This document shows positions 53,927-63,536 of a stretch of DNA of 64,000 nucleotides, piece by piece. How positions within the stretch are numbered: the stretch's first letter is position 1; every line of letters begins with the position of its first letter. The position numbers were made by a program, and so were the translations under genes. Below the pieces are notes generated by a model. The model made no database searches and was not told where the DNA came from. It saw only the letters and a list, made by a program, of their open reading frames with translations. Location of the stretch: NCBI RefSeq assembly GCF_003149375.1, contig NZ_QFWH01000001.1, positions 419,593 to 483,592 of the forward strand. The letters are read 5' to 3'. This DNA comes from Vampirovibrio chlorellavorus (GTDB lineage: Bacteria; Cyanobacteriota; Vampirovibrionia; Vampirovibrionales; Vampirovibrionaceae).

Positions 53927-54913
53927 GTGGCTGAGGCGAATCTTCAAATTATCAATCCGACTCACTTTCTGTTATTGATTGGTGGGGGCATTGTGGTTAT
54001 TTTGGCCACATTTGGCGTGCTAACCGTGATTATTTCCTTGCTCAACTATGAGGAAAATCCGGTGAAGCAGCGGCTTTATCAGCTAAAGGGAGACGGGGCG
54101 TTCGAGGGAGCCGGTTATGAAAAGCCGACACCCTTTGATGATTTGCAGGAACTCTTGATGAAGGTGGCCAAGCCCGTTTCTTACAGTCTGTATGCCCAGA
54201 ATGACAAGTACAAGAAGCAGGTCAAAACCTTGTTGACCGAAGCGGGTTTACAGGATACAGAAGACCGGGTCCTGAGCTTTATGGCCCAGCGTGCCGCTGC
54301 TGGCCTGTTGGCTGGAATGGTAATGGCTGTGGTTGGCACGGTTTTTGGCCTGGGTAATTTACTGTGGACGCTGGCCAGCGCCCTCGGTGGTTTTATGTTG
54401 GGCAGTTTGCTGCCTCAGTTCAGATTGAGGGGTGCCGCCAGTAAACGCAAGGTGGAAATACGGTTTAAGCTGGCTGATACGCTGGATCTGATGGTGGTGT
54501 GCGTGGAGGCGGGTTTGGGTCTGGATTCCACCATTCAGCGGGTGGCGGATGAAACCGAAAAAATGGCGCCGGAAATTTCCTATGAATTCAGGCGATTGAA
54601 TAAAGAGCTGAATGCCGGTATTTCCCGGATTGAGGCGTTTCAGAACATGGGGCAGCGCTCCGGGGTGGATGAGGTGCGCTCCTTGTGCGCCATGATTGTG
54701 CAGTCTGACAAAATGGGAACCAGTGTGGCGGATACTTTGCGGGTTTACGCCGACGATCTGCGCACCAAGCGTCGTCAGCGCGCTGAGGAGTTGGCCAGCA
54801 AGGCCAGTATTAAAATGACCTTTCCCCTGGTGTTGTTTATTTTCCCACCGCTCTTTATTGTGCTGATGGGGCCGGTGGTGATCAACGCCGTATTGCAGTT
54901 TATGACGAAGTAA
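53927..54913 (+). CDS. tadC: Tad pilus inner-membrane platform protein TadC (T2SSF family)
   Basis: GspF-like domain with IVQSDKMGTSVADTLRVYADDLR. GTG start chosen at 53927, immediately after the tadB stop. Confidence 0.8.
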   Translation: MAEANLQIINPTHFLLLIGGGIVVILATFGVLTVIISLLNYEENPVKQRLYQLKGDGAFEGAGYEKPTPFDDLQELLMKVAKPVSYSLYAQNDKYKKQVKTLLTEAGLQDTEDRVLSFMAQRAAAGLLAGMVMAVVGTVFGLGNLLWTLASALGGFMLGSLLPQFRLRGAASKRKVEIRFKLADTLDLMVVCVEAGLGLDSTIQRVADETEKMAPEISYEFRRLNKELNAGISRIEAFQNMGQRSGVDEVRSLCAMIVQSDKMGTSVADTLRVYADDLRTKRRQRAEELASKASIKMTFPLVLFIFPPLFIVLMGPVVINAVLQFMTK

Positions 54914-54978
54914 GCCGGGCAAAGTTTTGTGGCTTTGTCGGGTTAAAAACAGGGCCGGTTGTTGATAGAATAGCAGGC

Positions 54979-55782
54979 ATGGATGTTCTCACGCACAATC
55001 AGCTCAGGGTTTCTCAGCGTCAAATTTGCCTGCCCAGGCTCCCGCAAGCCTTCCACGGATTGCGCGTGGTTCAGCTGTCGGATTTGCATTTTTACGAATA
55101 TACCAGCCCGGACTTTTATAATGCGGTCGTTCGGCAGGTCAACGCTTTAAATCCGGATTTGATTTTATTGACGGGTGATGTGGTGCATTACGGGCCCGAT
55201 TACATCGAGCCAGCCCGATCGTTCTTGCATCAGTTGCGGGCGAATTTCGGAAAATGGGCCATTCTGGGGAATCACGATTACAACGACAGTCAATGGGGCC
55301 AATTGATAGAGGCTATGCTCCCTCAGGCCGGGTTTCGGTTGCTTAAAAACGAAAGCGACTGTCTGCAACGGGATGGGCAGCGCTTGTGGCTGGCCGGTCT
55401 GGACGATCTCTGGTATGGGGCGCCCAATATCTCCCAAGCTCTGGCCGCCATTCCCACGGAGCGGGAAGTGACCCTGATGATGGCCCATAATCCCTTGTTG
55501 TTTGACCCCATTGCCCTGGGGGCTCACGGGCAGGTGGATTTGGTATTGGCAGGGCATACCCATGCCGGGCATGTGTACATTCCTTTTTTAGGGCCTATTT
55601 ATCGCAAAATTTTCAGGATGAAGTACCGCTACGGGCTGTATGAAAAAAATGGGTGTCAGTTGCACGTCACCAGCGGGGTAGGGTCGGCGGCGTTTTATCT
55701 TAAAAAGCGAAAAATCGGGTTTCCCCGATTTCGCTTTAATACCTGGCCAGAAATTGCCGTTTTAACCTTGAGCAAAAGCTGA
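54979..55782 (+). CDS. Calcineurin-like metallophosphoesterase
   Basis: VVQLSDLHF, LILLTGDVVH and ILGNHDY are the MPP motifs. Confidence 0.85.
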   Translation: MDVLTHNQLRVSQRQICLPRLPQAFHGLRVVQLSDLHFYEYTSPDFYNAVVRQVNALNPDLILLTGDVVHYGPDYIEPARSFLHQLRANFGKWAILGNHDYNDSQWGQLIEAMLPQAGFRLLKNESDCLQRDGQRLWLAGLDDLWYGAPNISQALAAIPTEREVTLMMAHNPLLFDPIALGAHGQVDLVLAGHTHAGHVYIPFLGPIYRKIFRMKYRYGLYEKNGCQLHVTSGVGSAAFYLKKRKIGFPRFRFNTWPEIAVLTLSKS

Positions 55783-55783
55783 A

Positions 55784-56575
55784 TTATTTTCCAGGTTTCA
55801 GCATATTTTCAAAAATATCAGCCAGCGCTGGGCATGCTTTTTTGAGTTCTTGGGCGGTTTCTCCATTTGGGTCAAGTATATCTTTTATGGCGTCTACAAG
55901 ATCCTTTACCAAACTTTCGCCGGTATTCTCAGCGTTCTTTGTCACAGCTGCTTTAGGGGGCGTTATAGGCGACTGTTGGGACACTTTGCCTTTGGGCTTG
56001 GTATCAGACGCTTCGCTGTTTTGTGAAGTGGTTTCCGTAATAGTGATGCCTGTTAGTTTCGTATATTTGGCGGCCAGTTTTTCTATCTTTGGAGTCAAGG
56101 CCTCCAGCTTTTTCTTTGCTTTTTGGCCATCCTTTACAATAAATTCTTGCTCTGTGGACGTTAAGGCTTCTAAAGGCGCTTGTAATTCTGGCGGGCCTTT
56201 TTCAGGGGCTTGGAGGGCTTCTTGCAAAGAGATACGGTCCAAGTATTTCCGTTGTTTTGAACCAGCTTTGGCCAGCGATTTTTCAATGGCTTCTTTGGAG
56301 GTGGGGGTGAAAAAATCCATGAACTTTTGATAGAGTTTTTTAATAAAGCCCAAAAGATCCTGCAACGGCTCAAAAAACAGGTTTGTATTCTTGGTCGGGT
56401 TGGGTACTTCCTCGGCCGGAACGGCTGACGGCTTATTGCCCTGAATTTTGACACTATCAGAAGTTATGGGGTCAGCGCTGGGTTGCGTGGACAGGTTCGG
56501 CACAGAGTTTGAGCGTCTCAATGCAGATGGGGGTGTTAAGGGGTTCGCTGTAGAGATGGATGGAGTGCTGGCCAT
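55784..56575 (-). CDS. Hypothetical Lys-rich protein with a Pro/Ser/Thr-rich N-terminal tail, in a locally low-GC region
   Basis: 263-aa ORF. It is K/E/A-rich and helical, with no recognisable domain. The DNA is visibly more AT-rich than its neighbours. Confidence 0.5.
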   Translation of the reverse strand: MASTPSISTANPLTPPSALRRSNSVPNLSTQPSADPITSDSVKIQGNKPSAVPAEEVPNPTKNTNLFFEPLQDLLGFIKKLYQKFMDFFTPTSKEAIEKSLAKAGSKQRKYLDRISLQEALQAPEKGPPELQAPLEALTSTEQEFIVKDGQKAKKKLEALTPKIEKLAAKYTKLTGITITETTSQNSEASDTKPKGKVSQQSPITPPKAAVTKNAENTGESLVKDLVDAIKDILDPNGETAQELKKACPALADIFENMLKPGK

Positions 56576-56745
56576 AATGAAATCCTCACGGTTGGGCTGT
56601 CAAGCCAAAGCTCGGCAATGGTTCCAGCGAGCCCGGCTGGGCTGTCTTTTCCCCATAAAAACGGCTGATTGCATTTTTGTGTTAGTCAAGGCGGATTCAC
56701 AGCGGCCAGGCTGGAAGCCCCAACCGCCGAAACGGAACTCAGGAT

Positions 56746-57501
56746 TCAGACGGGTCTTTTTTTGCACACCCAAAAGGTTTTCAGCGGAAAGTCCGCTGGT
56801 AAATCTTCCACCGGATTGAAGGGTGCATAGCTTATCTCACAGAAATCAGCGGCCATCAGGTATTTTTCCACCGCCTTCTCGTTGAAGTACTGCTCAAAGA
56901 CAGTCTCCTCATGGTGATGCAGCTCACCCGCGTCATTGTATTCATCCACGGTAAACTGAACTTCCGCCTTGCCGCTTGCTTCCTGAAAGTGGGAAACGGT
57001 TTTAAGCCGGTAGTTGGGGCCCTCGTAACTGTCCTTGCCGTTCCAGAAGGTCTGGTAATTTTCCAGCGTGTTGAGGTCAAACAAAAACAGTCCGTCTGGC
57101 TGGAGGGCCTGGGCCACCTGTAAAAAGGCGCAGCGCAGTTCGGTTTCATTGGAAAGGTGGTTCAGGCTGTCGTAGTGGCATAGCACGGCATTGACCGGCG
57201 CTTCCAGCACAAAGTCCCGCATATCACCCTGCACCCATCGCACGGTCATGGGCTCGGGGTACTCCGCTTGCTTGGCTTGGGCCTGGGCCAGCATGGCCGC
57301 CGACAGATCGATGCCAGTTACCTGATAGCCTTTTTGGGCCAGCGATAAGGCCAGGGTGCCGGTGCCGCATCCCAAATCCAGTAGGTGGGCACCGGGCTGG
57401 ATGCCAAATTCGCTCAAAATCTGAAGGTCTTTGTCGGTGATTTTACGGGCAAACTCCAGGGCGCCGGGCCAGTCGTACAGGTGAGCGAGTTGATGGTACA
57501 T
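56746..57501 (-). CDS. Class I SAM-dependent methyltransferase
   Basis: LLDLGCGTGTLALSL is motif I. The start is at Met163 of ORF 56746..57987. Confidence 0.85.
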   Translation of the reverse strand: MYHQLAHLYDWPGALEFARKITDKDLQILSEFGIQPGAHLLDLGCGTGTLALSLAQKGYQVTGIDLSAAMLAQAQAKQAEYPEPMTVRWVQGDMRDFVLEAPVNAVLCHYDSLNHLSNETELRCAFLQVAQALQPDGLFLFDLNTLENYQTFWNGKDSYEGPNYRLKTVSHFQEASGKAEVQFTVDEYNDAGELHHHEETVFEQYFNEKAVEKYLMAADFCEISYAPFNPVEDLPADFPLKTFWVCKKRPV

Positions 57502-57612
57502 AGCGGAAGGGGTCCTTCGATCTGCCCGGTTGATGGGCGTTTGAGGCAACGCAAGGCAGCTTGATGATGGAAATAGATTGTCACAATCCGAAGATAGCCG
57601 GATAATAATACT

Positions 57613-58689
57613 ATGGCAGAAGTGGTTTTGGAAAACGTAGCCAAGTCCTACGATAAGACCCCCGTGATACAGGATGTGTCGTTGACCGTTCAGGATCAGG
57701 AGTTTGTGGTGATGGTGGGCCCCAGCGGGTGCGGCAAGTCCACCATTCTGCGCATGATTGCGGGTTTGGAGAGCATTACTGGCGGTACCATCCAGATTGA
57801 AGATCGGGTGGTAAACGAGGTGCCTCCCAAGGATCGTGACATTGCCATGGTCTTTCAGAACTACGCCTTGTATCCGCATATGAGCGTGTACGAAAACATG
57901 GCCTTTGGCCTGAAGATGCGCAAAACCCCCAAGGCGGAAATTGACGCCAAGGTCAAGGAAGCCGCCCGTATTCTGGATTTGGAGCATTTGCTGGAGCGCA
58001 AGCCCAAGCAGTTATCCGGTGGGCAGCGCCAGCGGGTGGCCTTGGGCCGGGCCATTGTGCGCAATCCCAAAGTCTTTTTGATGGATGAGCCCCTGTCCAA
58101 CCTGGATGCCAAGTTGCGGGTGCAAATGCGCTCGGAAATCGCCGCTTTGCACAAACGCCTGAAGGCCACCACGATCTACGTGACCCACGATCAGGTGGAA
58201 GCCATGACCATGGGGCATCGCATCGTCATCCTGAACAAGGGCAAGATTCAGCAGGTGGATACGCCGCTTCAGGTGTATCATCAGCCCGCCAATATGTTTG
58301 TGGCCGGTTTTGTGGGGCAAATGAATTTTCTGACCGGGGTGATGGAGTCAGAAGGCTTGCGTCTGGGTGATCAAACCCTGTTGCCCCTGCCACAGGCCTT
58401 GCGGGAGAAACTACAAGATCTATCGGGCCGGGCGGCGGTCATGGGCATTCGTCCCGAGCATTGGGTGCCGGAAACCGCTCCAGAGGCTGGGCCGGTGTTT
58501 GAGGTCGTGCCGGACCGGGTGGAAATGCTGGGCAGTGAACAGATGGTGCATTTCCCCTTCAATGGTCAGTTGGTGGTGGCCCGTTGGCCATCGGATTTAC
58601 CGGCGGCAGAAGGGGAAACTCTCAGCATCAAGCTGGATTTGGATAAAGTGCTGTTGTTTGACGGGGCCACCGAGCAGCGCATTCAGTAG
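57613..58689 (+). CDS. ABC transporter ATP-binding protein, sugar-import type (MalK/UgpC/MsmX-like) with a C-terminal TOBE-like domain
   Basis: Walker [10 protein letters not shown], signature [14 protein letters not shown], Walker [13 protein letters not shown]. No permease or binding protein is adjacent. Confidence 0.9.
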   Translation: MAEVVLENVAKSYDKTPVIQDVSLTVQDQEFVVMVGPSGCGKSTILRMIAGLESITGGTIQIEDRVVNEVPPKDRDIAMVFQNYALYPHMSVYENMAFGLKMRKTPKAEIDAKVKEAARILDLEHLLERKPKQLSGGQRQRVALGRAIVRNPKVFLMDEPLSNLDAKLRVQMRSEIAALHKRLKATTIYVTHDQVEAMTMGHRIVILNKGKIQQVDTPLQVYHQPANMFVAGFVGQMNFLTGVMESEGLRLGDQTLLPLPQALREKLQDLSGRAAVMGIRPEHWVPETAPEAGPVFEVVPDRVEMLGSEQMVHFPFNGQLVVARWPSDLPAAEGETLSIKLDLDKVLLFDGATEQRIQ

Positions 58690-58703
58690 ATTCGCCCGAT
58701 TGT

Positions 58704-59630
58704 TCAGGCAGCCATTTTGCGCAGTAAATCCCCATGTTTTGAAATGAGAAATTCCTCAAAGGTTTTGTCATCCACCTGGGCGGCGGCCAGCATCAGGAAT
58801 TGATCGGGCAGTTGGGAGAGCAGCTTGATCAGGATTTCCGGGGGCAGGACTTTGCAACCCTCCATCAAGACGGGCTTGGAGCAGGGGGCCAGCAGCTTCA
58901 GGATAAACCCATCGCTCATGCCCATCAGCAGCACCGGATCTTTCTTGATGAAACCGGTGACCAGTTGTTGCAGGGCCTTGAAAGGCATGGTTTTGAACGC
59001 TTCCATAATGCGTTCTTTGGGGGTGTGCATAAAAATACGCATGATGTCGTAGGGCTTGAGTTTGGAATAATCGTGCTGGCCGTAAATTTTTTGCAGTAAC
59101 ATCAGGATGAACTTGGGCTCCAGGGTCAGGATGCCTTTGGCCAGTTCCCGGCTGTTGAGACGTTTGTTTCTCATAATGCGCAGCAGTTCGGCGGTGGGCA
59201 TTTTCTTGATCAGATCTTCCAGCTTGTAGATGCGCAGGAGCATTTTGATGAGGAACGGTTTGGGCAAGTGCAAGATGAGCTTGAGCAGTTTGGCCTTGCT
59301 GAACAGGCGCAGGGCGTTAATGAGCATTTCCTTGGGCAGCAGGCGCAGCAGCTCTATCCAGTTGCTGCGGCGCATCATACGTAAAATGCGCAGTTTTTGG
59401 GAGTGTACCTTGAGTAGCTTAATGAGCGATTTTAAATCCAGGCTGGCGGTCAGCAGGCCGCCGGAGCGATCGATCTGTTTGGCGCTGGCTGAGGCCTGCG
59501 CCTGAATGTACTGGGTCAGGGGCATGCCCAGTCGTTTCAGTTCTTTTTCGCTGGGCTGGGTGTACCAGTGAATTTCCGGTACGGCGTTGCCAAGGCCCAA
59601 GGCGGCCTCGATACCTTCAATACGCATCAT
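58704..59630 (-). CDS. Hypothetical Leu/Lys/Ile/Met-rich all-helical protein
   Basis: ORF with a helical-repeat-like composition (LLKLILHLPKPFLIKMLLRIYKLEDLIKKM). GC is lower than its neighbours. The start is chosen at Met16. Confidence 0.45.
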   Translation of the reverse strand: MMRIEGIEAALGLGNAVPEIHWYTQPSEKELKRLGMPLTQYIQAQASASAKQIDRSGGLLTASLDLKSLIKLLKVHSQKLRILRMMRRSNWIELLRLLPKEMLINALRLFSKAKLLKLILHLPKPFLIKMLLRIYKLEDLIKKMPTAELLRIMRNKRLNSRELAKGILTLEPKFILMLLQKIYGQHDYSKLKPYDIMRIFMHTPKERIMEAFKTMPFKALQQLVTGFIKKDPVLLMGMSDGFILKLLAPCSKPVLMEGCKVLPPEILIKLLSQLPDQFLMLAAAQVDDKTFEEFLISKHGDLLRKMAA

Positions 59631-59881
59631 GATCCTTCCCAATGGCGGTGCTTGGACTGGGTTTGATCCCTTCACCCGTCTTTCGGCAGGCTGGCAAGAA
59701 CCTTGAGGGGTTTGTTACATTTTTTCACGCTGGTAATGTACGGATTGCACAGATTCCATGGTGTCTGGAACGCAAGCGCCGGTTGAGAGTCTACTGGATT
59801 AGCACCGGGTGGTTGGGCCTTTGCTATAATGGGCGAACCAATCCCCACAGGATGTCAACGCTGGAAAGAGGTTAGAGCAGA

Positions 59882-62161
59882 ATGATGCAGCCCCGGAATT
59901 TTTGCCTGTTTTACAAAGCGCCACTGGCTTTGACTGTGACCCTTGGGCTAGCCTTTACGGCTTTGACGGGGAGTGGCTGGGCCTTGTCCCCTCAGTCCCG
60001 GCAATATTACCTGGAGGCCCAGCAGGCGGAGCTGCAGGGCAAGCTGGAACAGGCCGAGCAGTCCTTGCGCAAGGCCGTGGCCCTCGATTCCCAGGATTAC
60101 CTGAACTTCGTCAAACTGGGCTCTATCCTCAACCAGCTGGGTAAGCCCAATGAAGCCCTCAGCTATTATCAGCAGGCTTTAAACCTGAACCCTCAGGACA
60201 ATATGATCCTGTACAGCATGGGCGGTATTTACGAACAATTGGGCCAATACACCAAAGCCGAAGAGGCTTATGAGCTATGCCTGCAAAATAACCCCCGGTA
60301 CCAGTTTGCCTTGCTCAATCTGGCCCGTACCGAAATCCAGCAGAAGAAGTATCCGCCCGCCATTGCCCACTATCAGCAATTTTTAGGAAAATACCCTGAT
60401 CACTACGAGGCCCGCCGTCATTTGGCCAAGTTGTACCTTGTCAGCGGACAGGAATCGGCTTCGGTGAAAGAATTTGACATTCTCAAGCAGCGCTTCCCCA
60501 GCCGGTTTGAGGAACATCTGGATCTGGCCCGTGCCCTGACCGGCTCCAACGCGCCGGAACAGGCTTTGGAAGAGCTGAAAGTCGCCTACGCCAAGGAAGG
60601 TAGCAAGTCTGATATTGATGAGGAAATGGGGCGGGCCCATTCCGCTTTGGGGCAGGTGGATCTGGCCATTCAAAACTACCAGAAGGCCCTGGCCCTGAAT
60701 CCCAAAAAGGATGACCTGCTGCCCCGTATTGCGGATCTGTACCGGGCCCAAAAGCAGTGGGCACCGGCTGCGGAAAATTATCAGCTGTACTTGAAAGCGC
60801 ATCCTGATGCCCAAGGGGTGCGGCAGTCTCTGGCTACTACCTATCTGGACGCTGATAACTTCGAGGCGGCTTTCAATGAGTTGGGCCTGTTGCTTCAGGC
60901 TACGACTGACCCGCAGCAGCGTTTTTTAATCCAGAAGGATATGGCCTATTCCCTGCAAATGCTGGGCGATATGCCCAGGGCCATCACCCTCTCGGAGACC
61001 TTGCTGTCTGATCCGATGGCCCAAAAGGATTTGCAGCTCAAGTCCAATCTGGCCATTGCCTATCACCGGGAAGGCCAGTACGACAAGGCCGTAGACTTTT
61101 ACAAGCAGGTTTACTATGCCGAGCCAGCCTTGCGGCAGCAGTTCAAGATCAATCGAGAAAGCCTGGGCAATGATCTGGCGGTGGCCCTCACCGCTCTGGG
61201 CGATGCCGCCTACAAGAGCAAGGACTTTAAACAGGCCGTTTCCCGCTATGGTGATGCCCGCCTGACCGCCGACACCAAGAATTTTTACCCGGATTTGGGT
61301 TTGGCCAACACCTATTACGCCATGGAGCTTTTTGAGCAGGCCAACGACGCCTACGGCAAGGTGCTGGAAAAAGATCCGGCAAACGTGACGGCCAAGCTGT
61401 ACCGCACCAAGTTGGCCATGGCCCGGGCGACTGCCAATCCCACGGGCACCGGCAATGCCGCTCCGGTCGGGGTGTCGGATGCCAATATTAGTACGCTGGA
61501 ATCATTGGCCCAGCAAAACCCCACCAATCAGGATGTTTTACTGACGTTGGCCAATGCCTACGAGCGTCAGGGTAACACCACGGCGGCCATCAACACCTAT
61601 CAGAAACTGTTGGCGCTGGATGCCAACAATCCCGATTTGCTTTCCTCCATTGGCACCTTGTGGCAACAGGCGGGCAATCTGGAAAAAGCCCGGGAGCATT
61701 ATTTAAAGGCCCTGACCCTTAATGAGCGCATGCCCTTTGTGCATTACAATCTGGGCATTGTGTATAACGAACTGGGGCAACTGGATCAGTCCGCGGAAGC
61801 CTATAAAAAGGCCATGAGTCTGGATCCGGCCAATAGCGACTCCCGCTACGGGCTGGCTGTAACTCTGGAGAAGCAGCGGAAGTATCAGGAGGCGCTGGAT
61901 TCCTATCAGTCCTACATCAAAGACCCCTCCGCCAAATATACGCAGGAGGCCTTGACCCGTATTGAGCTGTTGAAGCAGGCCTTGGGCGCTACTTCTGGCG
62001 TGAAACCGGTTTCCGGCCAGACAGGAGCAGCCTCCGGCAACGCCGCTCAGGCCAGCTCGACGGGCTCATCGGCTGGTTCGAAAGGGAATGTCACCCCAGT
62101 CAACTCTATCGGGCAGACGGGTAAAGTTCAGCAGTCCCCCTTGCGGATTGAGCCCCACTAG
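59882..62161 (+). CDS. Large TPR-repeat protein (759 aa) with a signal peptide and a Ser/Gly/Ala-rich C-terminal tail
   Basis: More than 15 TPR units (e.g. ALSYYQQALNLNPQDNMILYSMGGIYEQLGQYTKAEEAYE). The N-terminus is hydrophobic. Confidence 0.8.
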   Translation: MMQPRNFCLFYKAPLALTVTLGLAFTALTGSGWALSPQSRQYYLEAQQAELQGKLEQAEQSLRKAVALDSQDYLNFVKLGSILNQLGKPNEALSYYQQALNLNPQDNMILYSMGGIYEQLGQYTKAEEAYELCLQNNPRYQFALLNLARTEIQQKKYPPAIAHYQQFLGKYPDHYEARRHLAKLYLVSGQESASVKEFDILKQRFPSRFEEHLDLARALTGSNAPEQALEELKVAYAKEGSKSDIDEEMGRAHSALGQVDLAIQNYQKALALNPKKDDLLPRIADLYRAQKQWAPAAENYQLYLKAHPDAQGVRQSLATTYLDADNFEAAFNELGLLLQATTDPQQRFLIQKDMAYSLQMLGDMPRAITLSETLLSDPMAQKDLQLKSNLAIAYHREGQYDKAVDFYKQVYYAEPALRQQFKINRESLGNDLAVALTALGDAAYKSKDFKQAVSRYGDARLTADTKNFYPDLGLANTYYAMELFEQANDAYGKVLEKDPANVTAKLYRTKLAMARATANPTGTGNAAPVGVSDANISTLESLAQQNPTNQDVLLTLANAYERQGNTTAAINTYQKLLALDANNPDLLSSIGTLWQQAGNLEKAREHYLKALTLNERMPFVHYNLGIVYNELGQLDQSAEAYKKAMSLDPANSDSRYGLAVTLEKQRKYQEALDSYQSYIKDPSAKYTQEALTRIELLKQALGATSGVKPVSGQTGAASGNAAQASSTGSSAGSKGNVTPVNSIGQTGKVQQSPLRIEPH

Positions 62162-62195
62162 CACGCCAGTTCTCTATGTGCTGGCGCTTTGCAGA

Positions 62196-62963
62196 CTAAA
62201 GCGCTGAAAGCGGCTTTAATTCCAATAGAGCCACTTGCCGTCCAGTTTCGCCCCGGCGGTGAGACCAGAGCCGCTCGGGTTCGCACAGGGTGCAGGCCGG
62301 GAGACTGTCAATCTGGCTGATCCCCAAGGTCTGTAATTGCAAGGCGTTGACCTGCTTCAGGTCAATTTGGGGCTTGCCGTTGAGCGAAAGGCTGGTGTAT
62401 TGGCGGGCGGTCACTTGGGGGAGGCTTTGGCCGACTTGCTCCGCCACTTCCGGCGAGACTTCATAGCAACATCCGCCAATGGAGGGGCCGATGACGGCTA
62501 ACAACCGATGGGGGCTGGCCTGATATTGACTTATCAGGATCTGGGCCACTTTGGCGGTGATGCTCTGGGCGGTGCCACGCCATCCGGCATGAATGACCGC
62601 CCCAATGTGCCGATCGGGCTCGTAGAGGATGATGGGGACACAATCGGCCACCTGCACCATGGCGGCTACGCCGGTTTCGGTCAGGATGACGGCGTCGGTT
62701 TCCCGGTCGCAGGGGATGTCGTTCAATCGGAATTGGTCGGTGTGGGTTTGCCGAGGGAGGGTCAGTCGAGCGACCGAGAGCCCGGTGTGCTCGCAGACTA
62801 GCTCCCGGTTGGCTCGGGCCTGCGCCGGGGGGCAGGCTTGGCCGCCCAGCGTGATCGGCTTGCCGGTAAAACCGTGGATCACCCGTTCGGTGTAGGTATT
62901 GAGCAAGGCGGATTGATACAATACAAAAGGTTCGGTGATGACGGGTACAGCGGTTTTGGGCAT
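62196..62963 (-). CDS. pgeF: YfiH/PgeF (LACC1) family purine nucleoside phosphorylase / laccase-domain protein
   Basis: QTHTDQ, AVILTETGVAAMVQVADCVPIIL and HAGWRG are the YfiH signatures. The start is at Met45 of the ORF. Confidence 0.85.
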   Translation of the reverse strand: MPKTAVPVITEPFVLYQSALLNTYTERVIHGFTGKPITLGGQACPPAQARANRELVCEHTGLSVARLTLPRQTHTDQFRLNDIPCDRETDAVILTETGVAAMVQVADCVPIILYEPDRHIGAVIHAGWRGTAQSITAKVAQILISQYQASPHRLLAVIGPSIGGCCYEVSPEVAEQVGQSLPQVTARQYTSLSLNGKPQIDLKQVNALQLQTLGISQIDSLPACTLCEPERLWSHRRGETGRQVALLELKPLSAL

Positions 62964-62982
62964 TATGACTTCCCACAGGTTA

Positions 62983-63501
62983 ATGAAACGGCTACGACCA
63001 ATGGCTTCCATTATACTGGTGGGCCTGGCCCTGATGGCAAGCGCCGGGCAAGCGGGAGAGCCGGTGGGTTTGCGGCTGGACATTGAGCCCATCAAGCAAA
63101 TTTACTCGGTGCGGGAAGGCTTGGTGGTGAAGCTGGTATTTAAAGCCACCCAAAGAACCAAGCTCTGTCTGGCCAAGGATATTCTTAGCCAGATGGATAT
63201 TACCATTTCCCGTCCGGGTCAGGGCAAGTTGGCCTTGCAGCCCCTGGTGATCAAGGACAACAGCACTATTTTTCAGGAACCCATGAAGGTGCAATGGCTG
63301 GAAAGTGGCCAGAGCCTGACCTTGCGCGCCAATTTGAAACGCTATCATTTTTTGGATACGGATCAGTGGACACCGGGGGAATACCATGTCAGCGCCACCT
63401 TTAATTTGTGCGAGCAAACCCCCGCGGAAATGGTCACCGATCCGGGGCGGGAGATTCCGATCAAGGCCATCCGTCAGGGCTGGTTTATGATTATGATTTA
63501 A
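62983..63501 (+). CDS. Hypothetical periplasmic protein (signal peptide)
   Basis: MKRLRPMASIILVGLALMASAGQA is a signal peptide. It is divergent from pgeF with about 19 bp between start codons. Confidence 0.5.
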   Translation: MKRLRPMASIILVGLALMASAGQAGEPVGLRLDIEPIKQIYSVREGLVVKLVFKATQRTKLCLAKDILSQMDITISRPGQGKLALQPLVIKDNSTIFQEPMKVQWLESGQSLTLRANLKRYHFLDTDQWTPGEYHVSATFNLCEQTPAEMVTDPGREIPIKAIRQGWFMIMI

Positions 63502-63536
63502 GGTGAGTGAGCAGAAGTTGGAAGCAGAGGTTGGTA

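Noticed and set aside
54359-54922. 187-aa minus-strand ORF
   Set aside because: It is antisense to tadC.
54914-54978. Hairpin CCGGGCAAAG-ttttgtgg-CTTTGTCGGG after tadC
   Set aside because: The stem is imperfect (one mismatch and one G-U pair). No U-tract follows. It is at best a weak terminator.
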